Shown here in pieces: positions 28,031-38,176 of a stretch of 64,000 nt of DNA. Made by a program: the position numbers and the translations under genes. Source of the stretch: a virus; UHGV virus genome UHGV-1428848; one strand, written 5' to 3'. The notes under the pieces were generated by a model. That model made no database searches and had not been told where the DNA came from. It saw only the letters and a program-made list of their open reading frames with translations. The number at the start of each line of letters is the position of its first letter. The stretch's first letter is position 1.

Positions 28031-29186
28031 TTAACTGCTCGAGGTCAGTTTCTAAATCAGCTGCTGATTTACTTTTACTTTCTGAGGATTTAAATTTTTC
28101 AACCTTTGAGTTAATTAATTCATCAACTTCCGCTTCAACAATTTCATTACTATCAATAGCACCTAACTGATAAGCACGCTTAATAGCATCTCGGAATGGT
28201 TGATGCTTAAATAAAGGACCCCAGAATGTAGTGCAGTTGGTATCTTTTGCACGCCAAGATTTTTCTTCGCGAATCATCTCGCCGGTTTCTTCATCAAGAA
28301 ATTCACGAGCATACCAACCATTCTTAGGTTTTACTACAAATCCTAATTCAAGAGCCATATCTAGCAATCCAGAATAAGGATCGATACCACCGTCAAATTT
28401 AACATCAATAAAGAATTTACTTTTTTCTTTAACGGTACGAGATTTTTCTACATTTAGAACAAATTGATACCCTTGAAGATCAGAACCATCTTTAATCTGA
28501 CGTTTACCGATAATGAATACGGTATCAGCCGAATACATTACGCCTGTACCACCTGTCATCACGGTTTTACTAAACATTTCAATTGTTTCAATTGTATGGT
28601 TAACCGCAACACATGGAATATTTTTAATGCTAAAGTAAGGAGTAACAATACGGAATAATGACTTCAGTGATTTAGCACGAGTCATATCTGCCACAGATTT
28701 TTCATTCAAGGCATCTTCCGTTTCTTTCTTAGAAGCCATATTACCAATTGAGTCGATGAATACAATAACTTTTTCACCACGCTCAATAGCTTCAAGCTGG
28801 TTCACCATATCAATTTTCAGCTGTTCAACTGACTGGATTGGCGTATGAATTACTCGTTCCGGGTCAACTCCCATGGATCGCAAATAAGCTGGAGTAATAC
28901 CAAATTCGCTATCATAGAATAGACAAACCGCGTCAGGATATTTGTTCAAATACGCCGCAACCATAGTCAAAGACATATTTGATTTAAAGTGTTTAGAAGG
29001 CCCTGCGAAAATAGTTAAACCAGACTGCATACCACCATCAATCGCACCAGAAATAGCAATATTAAGCATTGGAATTTTTGTACGAATTACATCCTTTTCA
29101 TTAAAGAATTTAGATGTAGTCAGTTCAGCAGTCATTTTAGAAGTGGAAGCTTTAATCAAACGGGATTTTAAATCTGCAATAGACAT
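28005..29186 (-). CDS. uvsX: UvsX recombinase (RecA family)
   Basis: 393 aa; RecA-like core with Walker A GPSKHFKS. Confidence 0.9.
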   Translation of the reverse strand: MSIADLKSRLIKASTSKMTAELTTSKFFNEKDVIRTKIPMLNIAISGAIDGGMQSGLTIFAGPSKHFKSNMSLTMVAAYLNKYPDAVCLFYDSEFGITPAYLRSMGVDPERVIHTPIQSVEQLKIDMVNQLEAIERGEKVIVFIDSIGNMASKKETEDALNEKSVADMTRAKSLKSLFRIVTPYFSIKNIPCVAVNHTIETIEMFSKTVMTGGTGVMYSADTVFIIGKRQIKDGSDLQGYQFVLNVEKSRTVKEKSKFFIDVKFDGGIDPYSGLLDMALELGFVVKPKNGWYAREFLDEETGEMIREEKSWRAKDTNCTTFWGPLFKHQPFRDAIKRAYQLGAIDSNEIVEAEVDELINSKVEKFKSSESKSKSAADLETDLEQLSDMEEFNE

Positions 29187-29263
29187 TCATTTTTTCCATA
29201 GGCATCATTATATTTTCCTCACTGGTTAAAGATAGAGTAATTATAACACAATAAATTTAGGCA

Positions 29264-30112
29264 TTAATCAACTGCTATTGGATGAATAGCATTAAACTTA
29301 TGAAATGCTTCTGATTTTTCTTTACGAGAAACACACATGCGAAGAACCTTTAATGGCTCGTCTTCTTCACCCAACGATTTTCGTTTTTCAATATTAGAAG
29401 TTTTCCAACGAGCTTGCTCTGGAAACTCTCTATTGATTTGCTCAAGCGCTCTATTATGTTTAGAATTACTACGAATTGAACTGCACCCGCCAGGAGCTTG
29501 TGCTTTTCCAGATACAACCAGATATTTGAACAAGGCCAAATGCGGATAACCTTGATTAATTAAATTGAGAAATGCATACATATCTTCGCACAAATCAATT
29601 TTTCCATACCCAATTTGTTCTGTCGTAAGTTTTCCAAGGTCATACCATGTATTCGTGAATCCATATGAATTTTCACGATAATTACCCCAAGATGAAGTAA
29701 TTTTAAAAATTGGTAGGCGAACATGACCGTGATAATACCCGCAATCCATGGCATCTTCGACGTATTGAATCAATTCATAGAACTGTTCATGAGTCAATTG
29801 ATTGACTTTATCTACACATCGGCGATCATCTCTTTTTCGCATTGAACTCATACGAATAGTAGTATCATCGTCAATCATCCAGATTCGTTGACCTGCATAC
29901 ATATCAGTAATTGCTTTACGAGTACCGGCAATTCCGTTTACATCATCAGGAATAGTTATAATTTTAGCTCTAGACCCATAAGCATCATAATAAGCTTTTT
30001 CTTCGTGTTCACGCACTACAATATGGGGTTCATAATCAGTCGGAAACATATCAAGGGCAGAAACTGCCCCAACACGCTGATAGCTTGGAATTACGAATTG
30101 AATCATTTCCAC
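29264..30112 (-). CDS. GT-A fold glycosyltransferase (282 aa), candidate DNA glucosyltransferase
   Basis: DxD-type motif IWMIDDDTTI; occupies the slot between uvsX and gene 42 where T4 has the 351-aa beta-gt. Confidence 0.5.
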   Translation of the reverse strand: MEMIQFVIPSYQRVGAVSALDMFPTDYEPHIVVREHEEKAYYDAYGSRAKIITIPDDVNGIAGTRKAITDMYAGQRIWMIDDDTTIRMSSMRKRDDRRCVDKVNQLTHEQFYELIQYVEDAMDCGYYHGHVRLPIFKITSSWGNYRENSYGFTNTWYDLGKLTTEQIGYGKIDLCEDMYAFLNLINQGYPHLALFKYLVVSGKAQAPGGCSSIRSNSKHNRALEQINREFPEQARWKTSNIEKRKSLGEEDEPLKVLRMCVSRKEKSEAFHKFNAIHPIAVD

Positions 30113-30843
30113 TCACCGTTATAGTCTTTTTTCACAATATGAGTTTCGCCAGTATTCCACCAATGATCAACCAAGTAAAAATGACGAGAATATACATGAA
30201 GACTTCCAACATTCCATATAATAGAACCTGCTTTATACTGACGAGTTGAATCGCCTGCATTCAAATCAGATACTAATTTATCTAGTACGTATTTTTGCCA
30301 TGCGTAATCATTACGGAATCCGAAGACCACGTCATTTGAGCGCATGCTTACTACTGCATTGACTTTCTTATCACGAATCAGGTACTGTACTGTATTAGTA
30401 CACATGAAATCTGACATACCGTCTTTATTGTAATCAAATTGCATGGATGGACGAGTATAAATCATGATACCACGTCGAGAATCAGGATTTTGACCAAGTT
30501 CAGCTAAACACATATCATACTGGGCATAGTTATCTTCTGACCAAATAGCCCAACCATAATTCGAGTTAATTTCGCCTTTAGAAGATGCTACCTGCTGCCA
30601 AATCTTTGGTGTTTCACCTGGAATATCTTTAACAAACAGACTTTGAGACTTGTACCATTCAAGTTCACGCTGAATGTATTCATCATTAAGAGCGCCAAAA
30701 ATAAACGGTTCATCTGCTACAAATGATGCGCCAATAATTTCAATAGTTTTAACACCAGTTTTATCAACTACGAAATCTTTTTCTTTTAATGCAAGCCCCA
30801 AATGAAGACGGATTTCTTCAACTGTCATAGAGTCACTAATCAT
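30103..30843 (-). CDS. 42: dCMP hydroxymethylase (thymidylate synthase family)
   Basis: 246 aa as in T4 gp42; ThyA-like fold. Confidence 0.85.
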   Translation of the reverse strand: MISDSMTVEEIRLHLGLALKEKDFVVDKTGVKTIEIIGASFVADEPFIFGALNDEYIQRELEWYKSQSLFVKDIPGETPKIWQQVASSKGEINSNYGWAIWSEDNYAQYDMCLAELGQNPDSRRGIMIYTRPSMQFDYNKDGMSDFMCTNTVQYLIRDKKVNAVVSMRSNDVVFGFRNDYAWQKYVLDKLVSDLNAGDSTRQYKAGSIIWNVGSLHVYSRHFYLVDHWWNTGETHIVKKDYNGEWK

Positions 30844-30847
30844 TTAA

Positions 30848-31000
30848 ACCTCAATTGATACATTCATATTTAACTTGTAACAGTAATAAACCCCAACCTA
30901 AAATAATAGTTGGAATCATAAGAGGAACCGTTACACTATAGTATATACTTATTATAACCATCAAGATTAAAAGCAACACTGTTATAATTTTGCTTTTCAT
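30848..31000 (-). CDS. small membrane peptide (50 aa)
   Basis: Hand-translated MKSKIITVLLLILMVIISIYYSVTVPLMIPTIILGWGLLLLQVKYECIN; ATGA overlap with imm. Confidence 0.35.
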
Positions 31001-31248
31001 TCCTTCTCTCTGATGATAATTACCTGATTTGGTTGTGCAGACTTTTTAGTTTCACCCGCAATTGACCAAATAAATGTAATAAACCAACCAATAATTGACC
31101 AGTTAAACAGTAAAGATGTGAAAAAGATTCCTACTGTCGATTTTGACCCACGCATCAAGGCGATAAACCATGGAAGCATGTATATAATAATAGCCAACAC
31201 ACCTGAAACTAAAACCATAAAAATTGAACCTGCTACTAAAGTTTCCAT
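30997..31248 (-). CDS. imm: Imm, superinfection immunity membrane protein
   Basis: 83 aa as in T4 Imm; two TM helices; position between 42 and 43. Confidence 0.65.
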   Translation of the reverse strand: METLVAGSIFMVLVSGVLAIIIYMLPWFIALMRGSKSTVGIFFTSLLFNWSIIGWFITFIWSIAGETKKSAQPNQVIIIREKE

Positions 31249-31255
31249 ATTTTCC

Positions 31256-31648
31256 TCACTTAGTCAAATTTTTTACGCATGAATTATAAGAATTCACTAC
31301 ATACTCCATCGGAGCATTTTTACCAGTACGCCATTGGTAATTATTGGCCCAATTAGCCCAAAGCTCGGCGCAGTAGTTTTCAATTTTTTCTTCGCGTGTA
31401 ATTACATCCGAATTACGATATGCTTGAGCAGATTCATCTGGACGAATAGCTTCGTCAAAATTCGCCTGCATTTGTTCGACTGTTTGCTTTGGAGCTTCTT
31501 TATAACACTTAACATTAGGATTATAAAATTTGCTTGAACAGTTTACAATTTTTCCTGCATCAGACTGATTTACTACCGGTCCTTGAGCTACACAACCAGT
31601 AAGACCTAATGCAATAACTAAAATAGCGATTTTCATTTCATTCTCCAA
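31256..31648 (-). CDS. putative lipoprotein (130 aa)
   Basis: Signal peptide with lipobox LTGC. Confidence 0.5.
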   Translation of the reverse strand: MENEMKIAILVIALGLTGCVAQGPVVNQSDAGKIVNCSSKFYNPNVKCYKEAPKQTVEQMQANFDEAIRPDESAQAYRNSDVITREEKIENYCAELWANWANNYQWRTGKNAPMEYVVNSYNSCVKNLTK

Positions 31649-31670
31649 ATCCGTATCGGTAGTTGATATT

Positions 31671-31703
31671 GATATAGTACCATGGAAGAACAGGGATGTA
31701 AAC
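31671..31703 (-). promoter_or_regulatory. T4-type early promoter
   Basis: Minus strand GTTTACATCCCTGTTCTTCCATGGTACTATATC. Confidence 0.55.
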
Positions 31704-31791
31704 AGTTTTGTGAAAAAATTTTTAATGAATTCAAAGGGTCCAGAATCATCTGTTTTTCATAAGTATAGATTTATATTACTTGTATGAAAAA

Positions 31792-31807
31792 GGGACCCGG
31801 AGGTCCC
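31792..31807 (-). terminator. intrinsic terminator after gene 43
   Basis: GGGACC-TCCG-GGTCCC hairpin then TTTTTCAT on minus strand. Confidence 0.5.
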
Positions 31808-31820
31808 TAGATTTATTCTA

Positions 31821-34517
31821 TCAGCCAAACAGGAAGTCTAACGAAGCTTTTTCTTCATAGTCCATACCAGCCGATTCACACATGCCTGCAAGCGGTTTAA
31901 CAAACGATTTTTGGAACAAAGTCGAGTAGTCAATCCAAGACAATACGTCAGAACGAATTTCTTTTGGAAGTTCTGTACCCGACGGCCAAGCAATGCATTT
32001 GTCACCAAATGGATTTCCCTCACGTAATGGAAGAACCATTACCTTATTTCCATCCAAAATTGGAGCTACACCTAGACCACTAACAGCTCGACGATAAGTT
32101 AGCACACCACGAATATGGAACGGGCATTTAAATCCTGGCCAACCTTTATCATCATATTTCGCTATATCGTTCGCAGTTTTTACTTCAGCAATAACTTTAT
32201 AGTCAAGTTGACGATATTCTTTCTCAAAGTTCTTATAATATTCTTGAACAGACTCTTCGCCTTCTTGAAGAATACGACGGATACTTTCTTCAAGAGCTTC
32301 TTGGACCGCTTTAGGCGTTGAACTCTGCTGAGTTTCCATACCCATGATTTTTAGATGCGGTTCAGCAAATCGCTTATCTTCCATATCATATACGTTCAGA
32401 GCATAGCGCTTTTTCGCTTTCCAAAATCCACCAACGCCCTTTGAACCAAGTGGAGGGCAAGAAATAGCTTCACGGTCCATATGCATCAGATGCTCGCGGT
32501 TATTCATATAATCACATAACTCACGATATGCAACATCAATCATAGGTTCCATCTTTTTCTTACCGAACTGATTCATGAATTCAACTAAATCGTTCTGCTC
32601 TTTGAATCGGTCAAGACCAACTTTTTCAATAACTTTATCTACACAAACATATACCGAATCAGTATCACCTGCTGCAATGAAATCTTCATCATTAGTTCCG
32701 CATACTTTATTCAGATATTCATTAATTTTACGAGCAATCCACTGAATACCAACTTGGCCGAAAATTGTGATAGCAGTAGCATTTCGCAAATCATAGTAAC
32801 GGAAATGAATATTACCAAGAGCACCATAAAGACTGTTAATAAGAATTTTACGGTTCAGCTGATTTGTGTTAGCAAGTGTAGCTGCTTTTTCACACTCTTC
32901 GATCAAATTATTAAGAACAGATTCGGTGTAATTCGATAATTCATTTAAGAAATCATCACTGAACTTAACATATCGTTCAACTTCAGGTTTAGTTGAACAG
33001 GACCCTGCGCCTTTCATAATAATCTTTTTAATAGCTTCGGCATTCATTTCTTCAGCGAACATTTTCTTTTTCCAATCTTTACGCTGGAAAAATACTTTAG
33101 CGATTTCCTTTGGAATGATACCTTCTTGATGCTTATCATACATCCATCCATTCGGAGAACAAGAATATTCATCACTTGGTTTAGGAGCTGTTCCTGCGAT
33201 ATATTCATGAATTGGATGAACTTTAAACTGACCACGAATAGTCTCAGGACTAATGTTAACCTGACGAATAATGCTCGGATACAGAGACGTCAAGTCAAAA
33301 CTCATAATATATCGACGAGCAATTGGTTTAGGTTCAAATACAAATGCACCCGGAAAACTTTGTTTAACGTGCGAACCTTGTTGAGGAATAACCTTATGTT
33401 CACCTTTCAATGAGTTAAAAATAATAGCATCCCAAGTTTTAATAGGACTCATTACACCAGAAAAAGGCATTTTAGCATAATAAGACATACTTAAAACTAG
33501 ATCGATAAACCCGCGAATTTTATCAATTGCTTGAACTGATTCTACGTCAATGATGTTATAACTAATGTATCGTTGATGATTAGTCTCACGAAGTTTATTA
33601 ATAGGACCGTCGTATGGTAATTTACCTTTTTTGGTTTCATGCTGAGCAACTGATTCCAAAGAGAATGACGGCAAATTAGTAAAAGCGAATTTCTTGTACA
33701 AATCTAAATAATCAAGAATAGATACGCCATCAATAGAATAAATTTCTTTGCTACCGTACATATTTTGGATAAGTTTAGATTTTACTCGACCGATTGGAGA
33801 GAAACGTTTCATACTGCGTTCACCGAGAACCATTTTAACGCGATTCATGATATACGGAACGTCAAATCCCTCAATATTCCAACCAGTAAAAATAGCAGGT
33901 CGTTTCTGTTCCCAAAGATTGATATATTCCATGAGCATATCGCGCTCATTATCGAATGGCATATAAATTACTCGGTCAAGAATTTCTTGAGGAACTTCAT
34001 CACCACCTTCACAGTCAAGCTTAGCAGCTAACTTTGCATCCCATTTTGATACTGAACCGTACATTGAATTCAAAAGGTCGAAAACATAAAAACGATCATC
34101 AATTGAATCGTAATGAGTGATAGCATCAATTTCATATTCAGCTTTCATTGGGTCAGGAAATTTATCACCAGTAACCTCAATGTCACAGTTAGCTACACGA
34201 ACAAATTTTCGGTCATAAACAATTTCTGAACCATATGTATCACTGATATAAGCGAGTTTAAAATCGTTCATACCGAGAGCTTCGAGACCGATGTCTTCCA
34301 TTCGTTTCATCCAATCTCGAGCATCTTTCATTGATGGAAATTTTTGAGGAGCGCAGTTTTTACCATAGATGTCTTTGTACTTTGACTCTTCCTTACAATG
34401 CCTAAACATAGTTGGAAGATATTCTACTTCACGAGTACGTTCCTTTCCGTTTTCATCAATATAACGTTCAACAATGTTATTTCCGACTGTTTCAATAGAG
34501 ATATAAAATTCTTTCAT
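31821..34517 (-). CDS. 43: DNA polymerase (family B) with 3'-5' exonuclease
   Basis: 898 aa as in T4 gp43; Exo motifs (FDIE), polymerase motifs (DTDS). Confidence 0.95.
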   Translation of the reverse strand: MKEFYISIETVGNNIVERYIDENGKERTREVEYLPTMFRHCKEESKYKDIYGKNCAPQKFPSMKDARDWMKRMEDIGLEALGMNDFKLAYISDTYGSEIVYDRKFVRVANCDIEVTGDKFPDPMKAEYEIDAITHYDSIDDRFYVFDLLNSMYGSVSKWDAKLAAKLDCEGGDEVPQEILDRVIYMPFDNERDMLMEYINLWEQKRPAIFTGWNIEGFDVPYIMNRVKMVLGERSMKRFSPIGRVKSKLIQNMYGSKEIYSIDGVSILDYLDLYKKFAFTNLPSFSLESVAQHETKKGKLPYDGPINKLRETNHQRYISYNIIDVESVQAIDKIRGFIDLVLSMSYYAKMPFSGVMSPIKTWDAIIFNSLKGEHKVIPQQGSHVKQSFPGAFVFEPKPIARRYIMSFDLTSLYPSIIRQVNISPETIRGQFKVHPIHEYIAGTAPKPSDEYSCSPNGWMYDKHQEGIIPKEIAKVFFQRKDWKKKMFAEEMNAEAIKKIIMKGAGSCSTKPEVERYVKFSDDFLNELSNYTESVLNNLIEECEKAATLANTNQLNRKILINSLYGALGNIHFRYYDLRNATAITIFGQVGIQWIARKINEYLNKVCGTNDEDFIAAGDTDSVYVCVDKVIEKVGLDRFKEQNDLVEFMNQFGKKKMEPMIDVAYRELCDYMNNREHLMHMDREAISCPPLGSKGVGGFWKAKKRYALNVYDMEDKRFAEPHLKIMGMETQQSSTPKAVQEALEESIRRILQEGEESVQEYYKNFEKEYRQLDYKVIAEVKTANDIAKYDDKGWPGFKCPFHIRGVLTYRRAVSGLGVAPILDGNKVMVLPLREGNPFGDKCIAWPSGTELPKEIRSDVLSWIDYSTLFQKSFVKPLAGMCESAGMDYEEKASLDFLFG

Positions 34518-34518
34518 A

Positions 34519-34560
34519 GATATTCCTTAGTTTATAGCCCGAGTTATTAGGCTCTTGATA
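34519..34560 (-). promoter_or_regulatory. gene 43 translational operator hairpin overlapping RBS
   Basis: Minus strand GAGCCUAAUAACUCGGGCUAUAAACUAAGGAAUAUCUAUG, which I recall as the gp43 autoregulatory operator. Confidence 0.6.
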
Positions 34561-34575
34561 TATTATACTCCAAAT

Positions 34576-34595
34576 AAGGGGGCCGAAGCCCCTTT
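34576..34595 (-). terminator. GC hairpin with U-tract
   Basis: GGGGC-TTCG-GCCCC then CTTATTT on minus strand. Confidence 0.45.
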
Positions 34596-34598
34596 GCT

Positions 34599-34835
34599 TT
34601 AAATTTCTATTGTACGACGCGATATAACGGACTTGCCATCTGTATTTGTGGTTTTGATAATCGCATGAAATGCGCGTTGGCGTGGGTAAACTAATCGTTG
34701 GAATTCTTTTTGGAATTCTATTTGTTTATCTTCCGGGAGGTCAAAAACCAGTTGGGTAGAAGACAGACCATATGTTTGTTTTAGATTTTCGAATATTAGA
34801 AAAGCTTCGGTAAACTGAATCTCTGATTGTGTCAT
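34599..34835 (-). CDS. hypothetical protein (78 aa) between regA and gene 43
   Basis: ATG at 34835 (AAGGTAAA SD) just after regA stop; the 95-aa track ORF would overlap regA by 41 nt. Confidence 0.4.
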   Translation of the reverse strand: MTQSEIQFTEAFLIFENLKQTYGLSSTQLVFDLPEDKQIEFQKEFQRLVYPRQRAFHAIIKTTNTDGKSVISRRTIEI

Positions 34836-34845
34836 ATAATTTACC

Positions 34846-35214
34846 TTAATTACCAATCGTATATTTAGGAACGAGTTTCCATTCATGTTTTTGTTTAAAA
34901 GAAATAACTCGGAAGTTATTAGTTAAATCTTTCATAAAAGTTCTTTGACCAGGAACGATTTCAATCAATCCCCAATCTTCTAACAACCATGCAATCGAAT
35001 CACGACGAACTTCATCTTCTTCTGTCATTTCAACTTGACGACCATCCATACGAAGCATTTCTTTAAAATGAACGATATAGTATAGTCCTTTTTTCTGAAG
35101 AATATGACAGGACTGATACAGAACTTTATCTTTATTATTAGCAATTCCCATACGAGTCAAAGTTTCTTTTACTTTCAGAAAATCTTCAGGTTTTTTAAGA
35201 GTAATTTCAATCAT
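34846..35214 (-). CDS. regA: RegA translational repressor
   Basis: 122 aa as in T4 RegA; downstream of gene 62. Confidence 0.8.
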   Translation of the reverse strand: MIEITLKKPEDFLKVKETLTRMGIANNKDKVLYQSCHILQKKGLYYIVHFKEMLRMDGRQVEMTEEDEVRRDSIAWLLEDWGLIEIVPGQRTFMKDLTNNFRVISFKQKHEWKLVPKYTIGN

Positions 35215-35215
35215 T

Positions 35216-35779
35216 TTACCATTCCAATGCTAGTTTTTTGAGTTGTTTCTGTTCTTTTACGTTCTTAGTCACTTCTTTCAAAAAATCATCCGTGACTAAA
35301 CCTTTTAGTTCTTTTAATACTAAAGGAAGTTTTCCATTTTTAGTAAGAATTGATTTATAGTTAATTGCATCATTTGTATTAACTTGATACCGCTTAGCAA
35401 TTAACTTAATAATCAATACTTCGGTGGAATCTTCAACTAGTTTTGCCCATTTACCATATCTTTTACCACGAGGAACTGCAGCCATTAGATAATTAAAATG
35501 AGCTTCATCACTTAAGCCTGATCCAATTAAATTCATAGCATATACAGCTGGCATGCACTCTGGAAATTGTGATAATGCATTTTCAACCATGAATTTTGAA
35601 TAATCTTTTTGAGCAATAGAGCATTTAGTTTTATTATTAATAGCTCCAATTATTTCAAAAAACTCATTTTCAGCTTTTTCTTTAAAAGAATCAGCAGCGG
35701 ATTGGACAGCTGTCCAATCTTTTGAATACCAAGCAACTTGATGCTCGTTTAATTGAATATCATCTTCAAATAAGCTCAT
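35216..35779 (-). CDS. 62: clamp loader small subunit
   Basis: 187 aa from MSLFEDD..., as in T4 gp62. Confidence 0.8.
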   Translation of the reverse strand: MSLFEDDIQLNEHQVAWYSKDWTAVQSAADSFKEKAENEFFEIIGAINNKTKCSIAQKDYSKFMVENALSQFPECMPAVYAMNLIGSGLSDEAHFNYLMAAVPRGKRYGKWAKLVEDSTEVLIIKLIAKRYQVNTNDAINYKSILTKNGKLPLVLKELKGLVTDDFLKEVTKNVKEQKQLKKLALEW

Positions 35780-35780
35780 A

Positions 35781-36740
35781 TCACTTCCACTGCATTTCAC
35801 ATGCTAACTGAATGAAAAGATAAGCTAAATGCAATTCAGTATTAGCTGCAATACCATGATACTGATTATTTTCGCCGACAATTTCGTACATACGAATAAT
35901 ACTCTGTGGAGTTACACGTGAATAGATTTCTTCGGCAAGTTTACCCACGAACCACGAATAATCAGCTGCATATTTTGGTGCTAAAGCTCTGAGTTGTTTA
36001 ACATCTTTATTTTTGAGAGACTCAAGAACATCATCAATAGCACCACGATCGTTAGTAACCAGTGATAAAATACCAGCATCCAAAACACCTTTAGATGAAT
36101 AACTATCGAGCTCGCCAATAGTTTTACGAAAATCAGGAAAATTCTTTTTAACCAAAGCTGCTACAACTTTCATATCAGCTATAGCAATTCCTTCATGCTT
36201 GCAGATTTCAGTCAATCGACGAATCATCTGCTTCATCATTTCAATTTTATCTTCATCGGTCGGTTGACCGAACGTAATAACTCGGCAGCGTGACTGAAGC
36301 GGTTTAATAATACCATCAATATTGTTAGCAGTAATAATAATACTACAGTTTGAACTATAAGCTTCCATAAAGGAACGAAGATGTCGCTGAGACTCTGCTA
36401 ATCCTGAGCGATCAAATTCATCAATAACGATTACTTTTTGACGACCATCAAATGAAGCGGCGCTGGCAAAATTAGTCAAAGGACCACGAACGAAATCAAT
36501 TTTACAATCTGATCCATTCACAAACATCATATCAGCATTTACATCATGACACAATGCTTTTGCTACAGTTGTTTTACCTGTTCCTGGAGAAGGAGAATGA
36601 AGAATAATATGTGGAATCTTACCTTTACTTGTAATAGATTTAAAGGTTTCTTTATCAAAGGCGGGAAGAATACATTCATCGATAGTAGATGGACGATATT
36701 TCTGTTCAAGAATGTGTTCTTTTTCATTTATGGTAATCAT
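35781..36740 (-). CDS. 44: clamp loader ATPase subunit (RFC-like AAA+)
   Basis: 319 aa from MITINEKE...; Walker [11 protein letters not shown], Walker B VIVIDEFD. Confidence 0.9.
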   Translation of the reverse strand: MITINEKEHILEQKYRPSTIDECILPAFDKETFKSITSKGKIPHIILHSPSPGTGKTTVAKALCHDVNADMMFVNGSDCKIDFVRGPLTNFASAASFDGRQKVIVIDEFDRSGLAESQRHLRSFMEAYSSNCSIIITANNIDGIIKPLQSRCRVITFGQPTDEDKIEMMKQMIRRLTEICKHEGIAIADMKVVAALVKKNFPDFRKTIGELDSYSSKGVLDAGILSLVTNDRGAIDDVLESLKNKDVKQLRALAPKYAADYSWFVGKLAEEIYSRVTPQSIIRMYEIVGENNQYHGIAANTELHLAYLFIQLACEMQWK

Positions 36741-36774
36741 AATTTCCTCATTCAAGTTTTAGTGTAAATTATAA

Positions 36775-36788
36775 AGGGCCGAAGCCCT
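36775..36788 (-). terminator. GC tetraloop hairpin after gene 45
   Basis: AGGGC-TTCG-GCCCT immediately after gene 45 stop. Confidence 0.4.
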
Positions 36789-36791
36789 CTA

Positions 36792-37478
36792 TTAAAAATC
36801 GTGGGTAGAATCAGCTTCAAGAGCTACTACATAATTTGCGTGTTCACCTTCAAATTTAGCAGCACCTTGTTTACCTTTTGCCCAGAGTAGAAGTTTATAA
36901 TTTCCTGGTTGCATTTTCATATTTGCCATATTGATAATGAAATTAAATGTATTTTCACCATCATAATCACCAAGAGTCAAAGAATATTTAACACGGGTCA
37001 GAGCAGAATCTTCTACTTTATTAAAACCGTTAATTACGATTTTACCTTCTTTTACCGTGATAGCAATTGTATCAATTTGCAGACCACGAGATACACGCAA
37101 CAGCTGTTGAAGGTCTTCAGCTTTAATTTCAGTAACAACAGATGCTACCGGGAATGGAATTGGTTTATTAGGAGCAACTACTGTACTCGGATCGGCTGCT
37201 GGCCAAAAAATTGTTGAACGAGCATCAGCAATTTTAATATTTCCATCTTCTGACTGGGAAATTTCTGCATCATCATTAACTAAAGACAGAATACCGAGAA
37301 AACCGTTCAAATCGTAAATTGCTACATCAAAATCAATAACGTCAGAAATATTTGCTTCCGCATAAGTTGTACCATTAACTGCGCGAGTCATAATAAATTG
37401 ACCGGATTTAAGCATAATACCAGAGTTAATAGTAGCGAAATTTTTAAGCAGAGCAGTAGTATCTTTAGACAGTTTCAT
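36792..37478 (-). CDS. 45: sliding clamp
   Basis: 228 aa as in T4 gp45; position upstream of 44/62. Confidence 0.85.
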   Translation of the reverse strand: MKLSKDTTALLKNFATINSGIMLKSGQFIMTRAVNGTTYAEANISDVIDFDVAIYDLNGFLGILSLVNDDAEISQSEDGNIKIADARSTIFWPAADPSTVVAPNKPIPFPVASVVTEIKAEDLQQLLRVSRGLQIDTIAITVKEGKIVINGFNKVEDSALTRVKYSLTLGDYDGENTFNFIINMANMKMQPGNYKLLLWAKGKQGAAKFEGEHANYVVALEADSTHDF

Positions 37479-37533
37479 GTAATTTCCTTCAATTCAAATG
37501 AGATTTAATTTTATAACTAATTTAATAAAGCAA

Positions 37534-37923
37534 TTAACGATTAAAATCAGCAGCAATTGTTTCCGCAACAATTTGAGCAGCAACAATTAGACGTTCATCT
37601 GCATTACCGCAATAATCATCTTCAAGACGTTCACCGCATGAAGTCATAATAAATTTAGCACCAGCATTTAGAGATTCTGTAGTATGTTTGCGCATTAGTT
37701 CAATCCATTTATTACTTACTTCACGATCGATAGCTTCATAATACGCATGACGAGCAGGTGCAGATTTAATTTTGTTCTGAATAACTTCCATTGCGTTATC
37801 AGAAAGAGACAAAACCCATGCTCGACGAATTTTATTTTGGTTTTGTGGATTTGATTCAGAACGCACGTGTTTTGGCTGAATATCTTTTACATCAACAGTA
37901 TAATTCACAGTAATTTTAGTCAT
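37534..37923 (-). CDS. rpbA: RpbA, RNA polymerase-binding protein
   Basis: 129 aa as in T4 RpbA; between 45 and 46. Confidence 0.6.
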
Positions 37924-37932
37924 AATACACCT

Positions 37933-38121
37933 TTAGTCATAATAATCAGTAACAGTCCAAGCTTCATTTCTATTGGACATTATTTTTGTATATTCTGCTT
38001 TAAATGCATTCCTAAGCATAGATTCAGTAACTATATGCTCTTCATTAGAAAAATTATTTCTCAGAATATATCGTTTTATTTCAGGAATAGTTAATAGATG
38101 CTGTCCAGTTGAATATTCCAT
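37933..38121 (-). CDS. hypothetical protein (62 aa)
   Basis: ORF track; 45.2 position. Confidence 0.45.
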   Translation of the reverse strand: MEYSTGQHLLTIPEIKRYILRNNFSNEEHIVTESMLRNAFKAEYTKIMSNRNEAWTVTDYYD

Positions 38122-38176
38122 GTTTTTCCTCCATAGAGATTATACTCTAATAAATTAAAGCATAATCTCTTATAAA

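Noticed and set aside
31838-33413. Several 60-95-aa ORFs on both strands inside gene 43 (DNA polymerase)
   Set aside because: Nested inside a long, well-supported polymerase ORF; no start signals
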